A stretch of 62,580 nt of DNA, filler included, from Polymyxa betae A26-41 (taxonomy: Eukaryota > Protista > Endomyxa: Phytomyxea): the NCBI GenBank assembly GCA_003693705.1. It is 5 parts of 5 records of this genome, joined end to end, with 100 filler letters (N's around TTAATTAATTAA, not from the genome) between each part and the next. Parts side by side here need not be neighbours in the genome. Positions count along the whole stretch, not along the records: positions 1 to 28,389 come from RBZT01000506.1; 4 more parts are not named here. One strand, given 5' to 3'. The position numbers and the translations under genes were made by a program. How positions within the stretch are numbered: position 1 is the first letter of the stretch; each line of letters begins with the position of its first letter. The notes beneath the pieces were generated by a model that saw nothing but the letters and a program-made list of their open reading frames with translations, did not search any database and was not told the origin of the DNA. Shown here one piece after another: positions 1 to 13,020 of the stretch.

Positions 1-664
1 GACGAGGTTCTCGTACTGCGTACGCGAACGAAGGAAGGCAGCGACTTCCTTGACTTCGGTGCTTTTTAACCGAGGTGCCACAATAGGCTGGAAAAGCGGC
101 GCGCCCAGCCCAGACTCCTTGTCGTTGGCTTCGGCACCAGTCCTCTCCCCTCAGTTGCGTCGGATTCGCTCGCTAGCTCACACCGACGATTGCCAAAACG
201 TTTTGTAGCAGGCTCACACTAGCTAGATATGTAAATGCAGAAGTCATTATATTTAGTAGGGTACTGTTGATCGACCCAAGAAAAAATAAAGATAGTCACA
301 GCAAAAAAATTAAGAAAGAGATTTCATAAAAACTCTACAATTTTCAAAGAACCTTAAGGTATCGAGATTTTCGTTTAGTTCTAGTGTGCGAGGTTGAGCA
401 TTAGGACTGTCATTAATAATCAAGGCATGAAGACACTGCAATGATCGACTGGAGCATAAAATCCCGGATGATATAGTTAGCACATCCACAACGAACCGTT
501 TTCTCTCCGCTGAATGATGCATAAGCATACTTTTGCAAATGAGATCGCAAACCCGTCCAACGAAAGCTTCAATTTCACTACCTAAATGCTCCCAATTGGT
601 GTAAGCGCTGCACTGAGAGAAAAGTTCCTACTTTGTGTCTGCGCCATGCTATTGTGTGTGAGTG

Positions 665-697
665 TGAGAGAGAGAGAGAGAGAGAGGGAGAGAGAGG
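665..697. repeat. (GA)n microsatellite
   Basis: Direct run gagagagagagagagagagagggagagagagg. Confidence 0.9.
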
Positions 698-1490
698 ACA
701 CAATTTTATGCATGAAAAGGGTCATCCAGTTTTTGCGTAACGGATTTTCGTTCATGTCTCCGGTTTGGACATGGACTTACGGAATTTCAAAATTTATTGC
801 GAATTCTCTAATACACCAGCCCTTGAGCGACTAATAGAAGGTGCCGCATTACCGGGCCTGGTATATTCAGCATCAAGATGCTCGGGACCTTCCGGATAAG
901 TGCGCCAAAAATCAAAGATCTAAGCGCTCTCGATCGACTGCACCTGCTGGGCCAGTTTCGGGGTGACCTCGGCCGCCTTGTCACTCTCGCTTAGTAGAGT
1001 TGAGTCAGCTGGCTGAGCATCGTCGATGGAGACCGCGATGGTGGCTAGCAGTATGATCAGGTAGTGCTTCCCTCTACTGTCTGGCATAGTGGAAATACCG
1101 TACTAGAAAGGGGAAAACAGAGCACATTGCAGGTCGTCCGGCTATATTCTAGAGCTCGGAAAGTTTCTCTTCGTCTTGCTGCGAGTAGACATGGCTTCTT
1201 CATCCGGTATTGTTTGATGATCCATACAAGATATGGCGGTGAATCTTCGATGTCGACTCCTGGCTCTGGATGAACGGCACGGCCGAAAAAAAAACCGCTA
1301 CTGTGGACTGACTAACCGCCTGTCATATTATCAGCCAGAGCCCGCGTCCAGATAGTTCTTCACCTGCGATAGAAGGCTGCGTATTTGCCAATGCAACTGT
1401 CGTAACTTGGGTTCCTTCATCCCATCTATCCTATCAGATATTGAGACAGGGGCATATAATAACTCTAATACAAACCGCAATTAACTATTA

Positions 1491-1759
1491 AGGGGTATCA
1501 AACATGCGATTTTCGTAGATTTTAAATGTTTGCTTTTAAAGGTTCTTTAAAGTGCTTTTAACTTTGCTGTTGAAGCTATAAGTCTGTGAAAAATAGGTAC
1601 TTTTCCGAGTTTTTTTCGCAAGTCTGCGTGGCGTCCACTTTAAAGCGCTTTTAAATTTTAAAAGCATCTCCCGAGGTGCTTTTAAGATTTAGAAGCGCTT
1701 TTAAACCGATGCCACGGTTAATTTAAATATTCTCTGGAACGTCAACTTTGATACCTCCT
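1491..1759. mobile_element. Putative MITE (Tourist/Harbinger-like)
   Basis: Imperfect terminal inverted repeats aggggtatcaaa / tttgatacctcct; interior full of (gc)ttttaaa and taaagcgctttta palindromic motifs; non-coding. Confidence 0.45.
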
Positions 1760-2118
1760 ATTGTCGGTATATCCAGAAGTCGATAATCTAGAGTTTATCA
1801 ATTATTACAATTTGTCAAGTTTTTAATCGAGGAAATTCAGGAATGACAGACTAGGATTTGTGTGAATATACAAATGTGTTAGACCTTGATGGTCTCTCAT
1901 GGAACCTTGAATTGATTCTCACAGATTGCAATCAACAAACAGAACAGCATACGAAAAGAAAGTCAAAATTAAATCGAAATATTAAGTTCCAATGGCGGCT
2001 TCTGTCACTTGTTTCTGGTTGGTTTACGGGCGCCTTCACCATCACAATAATCGAACAAGAGACGCGGATAAAGTGTTCTCTTTAAAGAAAACTCACTCAC
2101 CTTGTATCAGAAAATAGC

Positions 2119-4966
2119 ATGTCTCGTCTCGTGGTACGCAACAAGGAATCGATGCCAAGCAGTCGACATTGGAATCATCTTATTCACTTCTATGAGATTT
2201 TCAGGATCAATTGATGAGAAGGATCGATGAGTCACCTCCGGAATCTGCCTGATTCGACAGTCTCATCCGGGCCATGGATTCCACCTCTCTTTCCGATCTA
2301 ATAAATGGATTGGGGAGACCTCATTTCACCACATTATTGCTACATCTCCGTTGATAGATTCTCAACGCCAACTCGATCTTGCGCCTTCAACATTACTGAC
2401 GACTACGAATAATTGATTGTGTGCTCCACGGCGGTAATAAGATCAACATAAACGCCGTATTTGGTTTCGCTCTTGCTGATCAAAGGCTATAACAGCTCAT
2501 TGTCATTAATAAAGCGATTGGGAGAATCCTGATTGAGAAGATCGATGCGGATCTGATCACGAGATTGTTGGCCTCCTCGAACTCGGATCTGAAATCGGAA
2601 CCCTTTCTGCAACTATTCCTGAAACATAAACAGCAGCTGGATCTGGAAACGCCATTCACGTTTCATCATATCCCTGCGGAGGTCATCGAATCGCTTCAGC
2701 AAACTTGGACTAAAAACAATAATTTCGGATTCTCCGAAGAGATCGTGTCCGAGGTCCGTGGTCGATATCCGCCTCCATTCGATCGGTGACCTGGTTCAGA
2801 CGTACTATATCGATTCCGTTCTATTACGCACCCATTTGCCAGTTACTCCGCCCTTCTGGATCTGCTCTATCAAGGAGTCCGCTTCAACCTTATCGACTTT
2901 TATGGTATTCTGTCAGTCTCAGCTGATCAAATTCCGGACATCATCCCCCTATTACGCTCACAGAATCTGGAGCTTCTTGATATCATGTTTAGATTCTTCG
3001 ATGGTAAAAATCTGGCTGCAGCTCGGGCGATGTTGCTCATTCCCAATGTGCGGCGTCTAATTCTCTCCAATACGGAATATTTCTTGAAAGAACTCCTCGA
3101 TTTCTATCGTTATATACAGCCCTGGGGTGCCTACCCCTTAACCCTACTCCGATTCATCACCGAGCTGCCGTTCTTCCCGTTGATCGCGAATTCCGCCGAT
3201 CCGTATGGACGGACTCTATTAAGAATTTTAATCTATACTTGGAAGCGGGCTGATACTGTAGATGATCCGTGGTATCAAGCTCTATTCGATATTATAAGCC
3301 CATATAAAGAGGATGTTGATTCCCGAATCGTTCGAATTGTCGCACAGATTGAGGAACTCGATCGTCTGGAAAGGCTCGGCCTTCCGGCTCCTGTCCCAAT
3401 CCCGACTTATCGGAGCTATCCCGACGACTGTTATAAGGATAGAGAACAGATCCCGAATTGGAATTTCGTTCCAATTCACAGCGGACAATGTCCTGAACTT
3501 CAGCAGCCTATCAACAATGTGGAAATCGTCCCTGCTGATGTATCGAATTTCGATCGTCTTCCGGACGATGTTGTTCGTGTCATTGCGGGCTCGAATCTGA
3601 ATCTTTTCCGAGTCCTTCCACAAGTTTTTCGCAGATTCCACGATCTGCTCATTCCGCCATCAATGCGGAAACTGCTCTGTTTCGTTACTCAATCGAGTGA
3701 GCTCCCCGATCTGTTACGAACTCTGCCGGAGCTGCTTCAACAGCAACCCGATCTCCGGCACTTTTTGACGCCACGACTGATCGTGAGCCTGTACGACCGG
3801 GTGATGCTGTGCGAACAAGTGACGGAATCCGAGAAGGTGGATCTGCTGAAGATTCTGATGGATGAAGGTGACCGGGATCTGATTACAGGACTGTTAGCGA
3901 GCGGATCGCAGCTTTCATCACCCGTTATGATGGAACTATTTCTCAGTCAAAGGCCGCCAATGGATTCTGCAGCAGCTCTGCCTGACGATATTCCCGCCTC
4001 TATCATCAAACGTATCGAGAGATGGCCGCTGCTCGATGCACCCAGTCATCTCTCCCAGCAGGACGTTGATGCAGTCCGCAGTCGTTTCCCGCCTCCTTTC
4101 AATCGCATCTTTCCATTTGGTGGCAAATTGTCGAAGTCAGAATGGAACATTCTCGCTCCTGGTGGAAACACAGCAATCAGAATCTGTTACAGACGCTGCT
4201 GCGGTTCGGATTACGTTTCTCCTACGATGAATACTTCTGGAGGAATTGTCCCGCGCGTCTTTCTTACCGTTGAATTCGAAAGTTAATTCCTCATTTGGGA
4301 TTCGCCGAACCCGTTGACGTTATGGCGGCTTTGATCGAGGACCTGCAAAGTTCCAATCTGGTGATTGTCGCGCGTCATTGTCTCCGGTCTCCATTGGTGC
4401 TGCATTCCATCCGCTCTTGTCCGACTTCTCTCGTGTCCGCGATCTCGAAGCTGTTTGCTGCTCGCGACCAACGGTCCAAACCTTGGACCAGCGCTTCGAT
4501 ACGAATGCTTCGAATGTTTGCCGAGATGCCATTCTTCCCTCAGATTGTGGACCTTGCTGATACGAATGGTGATACCCTTTTAAGTTTGTGTTTCAATGAG
4601 TGGAAGCATTCGTCTCCTGAAGACCATCAATGGTATCAGTGGCATTTTGATGTTTTACGGCCTCATCTCCCCAATTTCGAACAACAAATGGCGCAATTGG
4701 AGGCCAATTATGAACTTGAAATGCTTAATCAGAATTCGGAGAATGTTGAAGAAACAGAACTTGATGAATCCACTTCGGACTCGATATCTGACAATCAGGA
4801 GGAGCAGCGAATGTCTCCTGAGAAGGCTCATAATGATCTATTACACGCACAGAACTCCAATGAGAACGCGGCCTCGCCCAACCATCACTCGAAAATTTCA
4901 ATTTCTGGACCTTCCAGTTTTAAATCCGTCTGTAAGGAACTTGATATTGACAGAATTAGGGTTTAA
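2119..4966 (+). pseudogene. Tandem two-module F-box-like / PPPF(D/N)R family gene with frameshifts and stops
   Basis: ORFs 2565-2789, 2985-4286 and 4295-4966 hold two copies of one module: DLIT(R/G)LLAS...R(Y/F)PPPF(D/N)R, then PW...E(L/M)PFFP...AD(PY/TN)G(R/D)TLL...WYQ. F-box-like FDRLPDDVVRVIAG near 3550. Frame changes and an in-frame TGA near 4228. Confidence 0.65.
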
Positions 4967-7259
4967 CCTGATCATTAGATACCATCATCTTCATACTCGG
5001 CGCTGTCCTTCTTGGTGTTATTGTTGGTGGCCTTCTGCTCAAGTTCTACCATAATGGCCGCCTTTCTGCTCTATGGTCTCGATCCTAAGACGCTCTTTAA
5101 TGCCTCATTATCTTTTAGTATCAGAAACTGTGTCATAAACAGTACGAATGTCTTAACAGAGAGCTTGTTTGTCAAACTCCAGCTTGATACAAGCTATAGG
5201 GAATTTCCGAATGACTGGACAGAGATGCTCTGATTCTGCACATAAAATCTCTGCATCTATTGTATCGATACGATCCTGTATATAGAGGTCCGAACATTTC
5301 TTTCTCGCGATTCTTAAACTGTTATTTAAAAAAGAGAGCAATCGGTTTTGGTCGATTTCGCCGCCGGTTTTTGCAGCTGTTTAGTGACATTGCCCAATCA
5401 TACAAATTAGCTTCGTTTTTGGCAGTTGCTCGGATTGCAAATAATTTCGCAATTGCTTTCGCGGCTGATTCGGTCACCAACTTGCTTGAATACAAACTGC
5501 ATTGAGTGATTTGTACCTGTTTTTCTGTGGATGCGGGATATTGATGACAATGCAGCGACGGATCTACTTACAGTGAGATACCAAACAAAACCCTAATCCG
5601 ATCAAAATCTATTAGACAGCAGATCGCCAGAAACAATCGAAACCAAATTTACCAGGGCTAATTCACAATCGTAACAGTAAAAGTTAGTTGGCCGCTCTGG
5701 GACTCTACCAAATGGTTCCGAGCAAGAGACGTCGAAACTTTTGCGGAACTGTATCGGTAGGGATTCGGTGGCCGCCCTCGCTTCTCGATCTGGAGTGCTG
5801 AAATCGTCAGAAGAATGGCTGAGTGGATCAGGGCCTGAATCAGTGCTGGTGGTCGCCTGAGAGAATAACTGCCCCATGACGAAATCGTCTATCTGGATGA
5901 TATCCCCTTGACCTTAGGCGATACGCGTCATCAACCCAGCTTATAAAAACACAATTCAACAGCTGTGGCTCTATAAGAGTAGAATGATCGTTGGGTTTGG
6001 GTATAGGCTTATGGAACTTCGCGGATTGTAATTTTTAGCAAGATACTGAGAGAATCTGTATTCAATTGGACTGCCCTCGATACCGTAGCAGACAGCTGCA
6101 CTCTACATTTGTTTTACAGAAGGAGAAGGACTCATAAACAAGGCCGATTGCTTCAAGCTTAACGCCAAACGAGAGATCACAGCGAGGCGAACCTTCACTC
6201 GATTTTGTGAACCTGAAAGTCCCGAAGATCAAGTTTGATAGCACGATTCGAAGGCTCATTTTCACCAAAGATAAATCTAGGATGCGTTTCAAAAAGTCAG
6301 AGAGCTGGATCAAATACGACTTGATGACAATAGACCAGCAATGTTGATTCACGGCTGGATTTGTGATTAACAGTCTTGGAAGGGTTGTAGAGCGTGCCTC
6401 ATCTGCATTTATTGCAAGGGGTCTGTCCGTTCGTCATTGCCGAGATAAATCCAATGACGATGTGATGAGGTCGAATCAATACAGTCTTCAACGGAGTCCG
6501 AATTTGCCATTTTGGATAGGTTTAATAAGGTTTTGTTTAGTAATTTTGGAATCTCTGATTGCATATCAAAGATGTTTTTAGCGCAGTCTGGAAAACTGCG
6601 CCGTGCAAGAAACGTAGGAAATCCAATACCTGTAACTGAACAAGTGGTGACGCGCAATATTCAAAAACTGCGTGGTTGCAAAAAGTACATTTCGTGGCTG
6701 CTTTTCAACGTTTCTTTCCGTCTTATTGTTAGGGGACCATACTATCGGTGCCCGGCTCAGGCCCGGTCCAGGTCGTCAGCCGCCGCTCCATGCCGGGACA
6801 GGAGGTCTTGGCGTCTATCCAGGGTCAGCTGGATGCCTGATGCAGTAGGGATGAGATCGTCGAGGACCTACAACAGCTATTGCGTGTCTCCCCTTTCGTA
6901 GAATTCGGAATTCGCCACTTTCAAAACATTTCTGAAGCACTCTAAACTATTCCAAGTGCTGATTCTCTCATTAATCTTTAGCAATTCGGACGAAATCATG
7001 CTAATGAATTATATCCCTCATTTTACAAGAATGGGCTTCGCCGAATCCCTACCCTAAGGCCAAAACCCAAAATCCGAAAAAAAAAGCTCTAAAAGTTGAT
7101 TTGGTTTGTCTGAATAGCACCAACTATGGGATCTTCGCTACAGTCCTCTAAAAATAGATTTTTGCAATTCCTCTGTCAAAAGCCCTGACGGACTTGCGTT
7201 GAATCTGGTTGGAGAAGGACTGCAGTCTCTCTTGTCATTACTGGTACATTACAGTTGCA

Positions 7260-10200
7260 ATGTCACTGAATGCCATCGTCTGGATCGCCGCTGTAGCGGC
7301 ATTGGCTGCTTTTAGCTCTGCATCACACCCAGATAATGATCCTGATCATGCAGGTCCGGACGATATCTCGGAATTGGATCAATATCCAGAGATGATGCAT
7401 TTGGTTTCTGAATTGTAAGGTGTCATGCGATTTTTTTAAACAGATACCGACAATGTTTTGGACAAGCTCGCATCGCATTATTACATTGTGGACAAGGAGC
7501 GTAGAAGTCGAATTTCGCTGATTGGTGGAAATAGTGAACGACAATCGCACACACAAACAGATCACTGAATGGCTTCTCAATATGTCTAGGTATAACTCTT
7601 CACTTATTCGAAAAAAATCTTTTCAATTTACAGGAACTTTCTCTTCTGTTACTCAAACTCATTTTATTATAGGGAAATGCCAAGTTTGCCTCAGCGTTAT
7701 AGAAAATTGGCTATCATGCTTTGGTCGAAATTTCCCGATCAGCTCGTGAACGAAAGATCTCTATTTCTTCGTTTGCTGTTTGAAACCAAGTTCGAACTTC
7801 CGAACATGGAATATCTCCTTACAGACCCAGATATTTCACCCCGATAATCAATAGCCTTTCCCCTTCAGTGTTATCAGCTGGTCATGACTACGATCTGACA
7901 GTTATGGAACACTATATAAATCTAAGGTCTGTTACTTGACATTTTTTTCAAAATTTCCGGTATTGTTATTTTATTGTTATCTAGTGATTACGATCCTCAA
8001 ATTTTGCTGTGTTTGCGGAATCGATCGACTCCGCAAGATATTGATCTGGCTCGTATTCGAACTCTCAATACTCTAAAGCCGATTTTCTGGGCCCGTTTAT
8101 TCCGACAAAGGAACAGGGAGCTATTTGACGAATCGACTGATTTTGCTTCGTTCTCGGAGTCTTTTCTGTCTGGCCGTCATGATCGGCATCTCTTTGAGAC
8201 TGCCATCATCCTACATCTTGGATCTCACAAAGATCCAGCTTTTACTCTCACTCTACGAACCGCTGACATACACAGAATGATATCGGACTGGTAATCAGAT
8301 TGTTTATTTCAGCTGCGATTTTGCTCTCATACTGGATGCAGTTTTGATTTATTCCAGGACCTGCCCTATTACTACGATGATCAAAAAGCATTTTATAACT
8401 TTGTCGTCTATTGTGGGAGTCCGGAAGTCTCCGAGCAGATCCAGGAGTATCTCCTCGATATCATTCCGAACATATTTCCAACTTGTTGTTGGCTGTCTGG
8501 ATTCTCTGATCATTTTTGGGACAAAATGTCAGTTGTGCATTTCCCCTGCCGTTATTTGACTTTTTTGCGATTGCTACAACATATCGTATTCATCCATGCC
8601 GACACTAAACGCCTTTTCTATCCAGGATACGGCTACGACCAGATCCATGGCACTTTAAAGTGGGCCTAAGACTGCTTCTGTTCCAGGCCGATCGCCTTCC
8701 TTTATTCGTTGATTCGTTGAAGGATTATACCGGTGCAAATTTGATCAATAATCTGACTGCAAGGTGGGTTCGCTTTGTCTTTGTATCTGACATTATTTGC
8801 TTATTTCTACTGACTAATTTCTTTCTCTTGGTATTGCTGCTCTTGCTGTCTGAATTTAGACGATGTTCGTTTCGTTTCTTATTTCATTCCCGCTGACTAC
8901 TTTTCTCAGTATGTGTCCATCGCATGCATTGATTACCGAATCTCCAGAGGATTCTATCAAGAATGCTCTGCAAGCCTGTAGTTCTGTACGTGACGATCCA
9001 GAACAACGGACTCTCAGCTCGGTAATTTTGGCTCTTACATTCCGTTTAATGCAATCTACCCGCCATGGATCGTATCTGGACCAGCTACCTGAACTTCATT
9101 ATGATCAACTAAGATATGCCTTATTGACCCTGTCACGTTCAACGACTTTCTATCGATACACGAACGAGCTTCATTCAGAGAATATCGCTGTCTATGAGCA
9201 TCTCTCTGGACTAATTCCTGAGAAACTTCTTCCTGTACACATTCCACCATCTGCTTTGATTGATTCAGAACCACAAATTCATCTTCGTGAAGTAACAAGC
9301 TTCGACGACGATTACGAGTTACTGGAATTCCTTGGTGAGGTTTTCCGTTGGCTGTCGAAATTCTGTTTCTTCCAAACTTTGTTTTTGTCGCTTTCAATCC
9401 TAAATTTTGTATTCAGTTTACATTCATTAAAAGACGTTGATTCATTTTCTGAGTTTCATTTTAAACAGGCAAAGTCTGTGTTTTGTTGCGGTTTCCTGTC
9501 CTTTCCATCATTTCCTGTATTGAGTTGCATAATGTTATAGGATCAGGTCTCTATGGAACTGTATTTCGAGGGAGATGTCTTCGAGGAGAAAAACCGATTG
9601 AGGTCGCTATCAAGATCGCAAATTCAGTCCAGTACGCAAATCATAACTTTAAAAAAGAGTTTGACTTTATGTCGCGATTCTGTTATGGAGATCATCATAT
9701 TCCTGGATTAGTTCGTCTATTGGACACATTTCAGTGTCAAGATCAGACGTTCTTTGTAATGGAACTGATTCCAGGTCACACATTAGCAGATTGGCCTGTT
9801 CCAGATTCTGTTCCAGATGCGGCCGCTGAACTGATTCGGATCGTTTATCAGATGTTGGCCATTGTCAATCAGATCCATCGTATGGGCTGGCAACATAATG
9901 ATCTGCATTGCGGAAACTGTAAGTCTCCTCTGCTACATTTTGTCATTATTTCCTAAGTCGTACTGGTTCTAGTCATGATTAACACATCCACCAATAACTT
10001 GGTTGTACTGGATTTCGGGCTCGCCTCTTTCCGCTCTAAGAACTTCGACGAACGTTCTCTTTGTGTCGATTTGAACATTCTTTTCCACAATATTGGTTAT
10101 CTGCTCGATCAGGCTAAACTACGTTTTGGTGTATCCTAGTACGAACGGGGTCCTGGATTGCTGGGTCTGTTCGAAGACAGAATTTCTCAATGGTTTAACT

Positions 10201-10978
10201 GGTCCTGGTCCGTGGAGGCACTGCTTCAGGATTCAATCTTCGACGATATTCGTGATGGGTTCCCTCCATCCGCATCTAATGATTATGAGAACTATCCGGA
10301 CATGACAATTCCCAGACTGGTCCCTGATAAGGTTCCCATCATACCTCCTCCATTTGTAAACAAAGATGTGACCATTCGTTCATCCGAATCTGGCTCATTA
10401 CCTCCAACATGTCCACCGATCAATCATTCAGTGACGTCTGATTCTGGTGACGAGTCTTCTGCCGATTCAGTATCATCGCGGGCGAGTACGCCCGCGGTTT
10501 CATCACGTGTCTCGTATCGAAACGATGCTAATCCAGATGGTGAAAATGCTGGGATCGAGATGGCATCGTCATCATCTTGTTCGACAATGTCTCATGATGA
10601 AGTCCGTTCTGCTGCTGAGTCCGAGATCACATCGTCATCATCTACCAGCACGACCGACTCTGTGCCTGTCTCACAGCAGGTCGTTACTGTTAAAGCAGAT
10701 GAACCTGAACCTGATCGGAAATCTGGTATGATTAACATCTATATTTTCTGCATTTTTCTCCGTTATTTATCGTTATGTTTTGTCTTTTTTAATCAGCGAA
10801 TTGAATATTTGTATGTACAATATGTGAGTTATGATACATTTCTGCAGGTTCTGTATCCAAATTTCTCGTCTATGGCTTCTCTTCTCTTGGCGGTGTAATC
10901 ATCTTGACCGTTGTGGTCTGTTTATTCAAAAAGCGAATTCAAGGCAAATGTTGTCGCTCGTCTTATATTCCTGTTTGA
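7260..10978 (+). pseudogene. Multi-exon protein kinase with N-terminal signal peptide and C-terminal TM helix; in-frame TAG at 10137
   Basis: Splicing 9335-9540 gives YELLEFLGSGLYGTVFRG, then VAIK, KKEF. Splicing 9919-9972 gives HNDLHCGNFMIN...VLDFG. A Ser/Thr-rich linker follows. Splicing 10726-10847 gives FLVYGFSSLGGVIILTVVVCLF-KKR...YIPV*. Signal-like MSLNAIVWIAAVAALAAFSSA at 7260; joining it to the kinase exons is inferred. Confidence 0.7.
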
Positions 10979-13020
10979 AACTGCCTGTCACTTCATATTG
11001 TCTATACACATCTCTTTTTACCTTTTCTACACAATGTTCCAGTACAGTTATTCCGCTGTGCTTATCTCTCAAATGATCTATAGACGATATCAGAAATTCA
11101 TAGTCCATCGGTTGTGATTTAATTTAGACTAGGAGGCCGCTTCGTTTCCAACTACGACAGGCCGAAGAAATACTAACTGGACCTTTCCGAACGAAACCAT
11201 TCCAGATAGATATCTGTGGATTCCATGTCAACCGTTTAGTAGTTGCGACAGAAGTTAGGAGAGTCTAATCATAGTGGCAACATCAGCATTTTAGACTTCA
11301 TCCGTCCAAGTCGTTTGTCTTGGGAAACGTCCCTGGTTTCCAGCCGATGCCAATGGAGTGACATTTGGGGGAATTTTGGCGACGAGGCGATTCCTGCCTA
11401 TGATATCCCCCACGATGGTCTCAATACCAAGTCCTATGGAGAAGAACATCAACTCGACGTCATCAACAATAGTCGATTTAGTATTCTTCTCTATGGAATC
11501 CCACAGTCCTGACGCCTGTATTTCATCGGCGTCTCTTTTCGTAGGGTCCCTTACTGCTTAGACCGCAGTTTTCAGCCCATCCTGATTTTAACCAAGGGTC
11601 CCTCCTTCAACGCCAATTGTCGAACAATCAGTACCATACTTAAATTCTATTTATAATGATTTTATCTCTGGATTTGCATTCAAGGTGCGAGTAGCCGCCA
11701 TTGAAAACACGACTTGAAATAAAAGCAGAACGCGGGCGACAACGCGATCACCTCGCGGAGCTCCTCGAGGAATCAGCAAATTTCTCCTGTAGACAACAAC
11801 GTTAATAGATATGACAGCGACTGTGTGCCTGGGCAGAAGCCATTTTCGCCAATCTATTAAGAGCGTTAATGGTCTTAATTTCCCAGTCCATTAAACCTAA
11901 AACACCGAATTAGACGTCTGGAATATGATCAATATTTCGAAACAATTTGGAAAATACCGTCGCAAACCATTTTAATTTCCTCAGGAAAATGAGCCTTAAA
12001 CCGCCATTACACGATTTGTAATGTATATAATAACGGCAAGCGCGGGTCAGACGGGTTCGCGATGTTGGCATCATTGTAAGCTTTAGAGGCAGCTTCCGCC
12101 TTCGCTTGCGCTTGCTTGTAGAGGTCAACCACGACGACGACATTTTGAATGTGGATGAAGCGCGCAACAAAAAAAGCCCGTCCCATCCGTCGACGGATAT
12201 ACTCGCTCCTATAGTTGTTGGCGTGACTGGGAAAGGGCAGCGCCCTCTATAGAGTCACATCTTCACATCGGCGAGACGGCGTCAATAATCAGTATAATGG
12301 GTGCCTGTCTGAATGTCTAGTATTTTTGTTTGGGGCTTTTTTAGGGGCGTTTTAGGGACTTTTTTTGGGGCTTTGTATGGGCTTACAAAGTATAAATCAG
12401 TGGCAACGTGTTCTGATGGAAGACTATCGTGTTTGCCTGTGTCAGGTTCTGAGTTCGAGTTCAATGCTGGTGATTGCTTTGTTTATTGGTTGGATTCCTG
12501 ACTTCCAAAAAATTGTCAAGTCCCGTCGAAACTCCGTGAGCCAGCAAGGGCGCAGCACTGGCTGCGCGGCCTTCAAATTCTCTTGAGTGACATTACATTA
12601 TCGGCCTAATATACCCGTACTCTACTAAGCTGATGATCGAGCCTGCTGCCAGAGTTGATACGTTACCGGCGCCCGTCTCGGCCACTATGAACTATGTTAC
12701 CGACGCTGTCGAACGTCATGGGCTTGAAACGAAACCGGCCTGGACTACGAATGCGTGACGCCAGGCTATGTCATCATCGGACTCCGCAATTGGGTGAGGT
12801 AACATTGTACATCGGGCGTATCGATTCACTGATTTATGTTACACCGCTCGGAGTGATTTAAATTCACGAGACTTCCCTAAATCTCACCTCGGTGACCATC
12901 GACCTAATCTTTGAATTCTGGAATCCAGTTTCGAATAGATCAACTTCCAGAGCTGCCCAATTACTCTAACGGTTTATAGATCCAGTTTGTCCAGGCTGTG
13001 CCGCTTTCTGACAGTTTATA

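Noticed and set aside
1-200. HDV-like ribozyme in the GC-rich window start (also considered at 12515-12590)
   Set aside because: Hairpins exist, but I could not build the nested double pseudoknot with correct P1/P3/P1.1.
6727-6900. LTR beginning TGTTAGGGG
   Set aside because: No matching CA end, TSD or second copy in the window.
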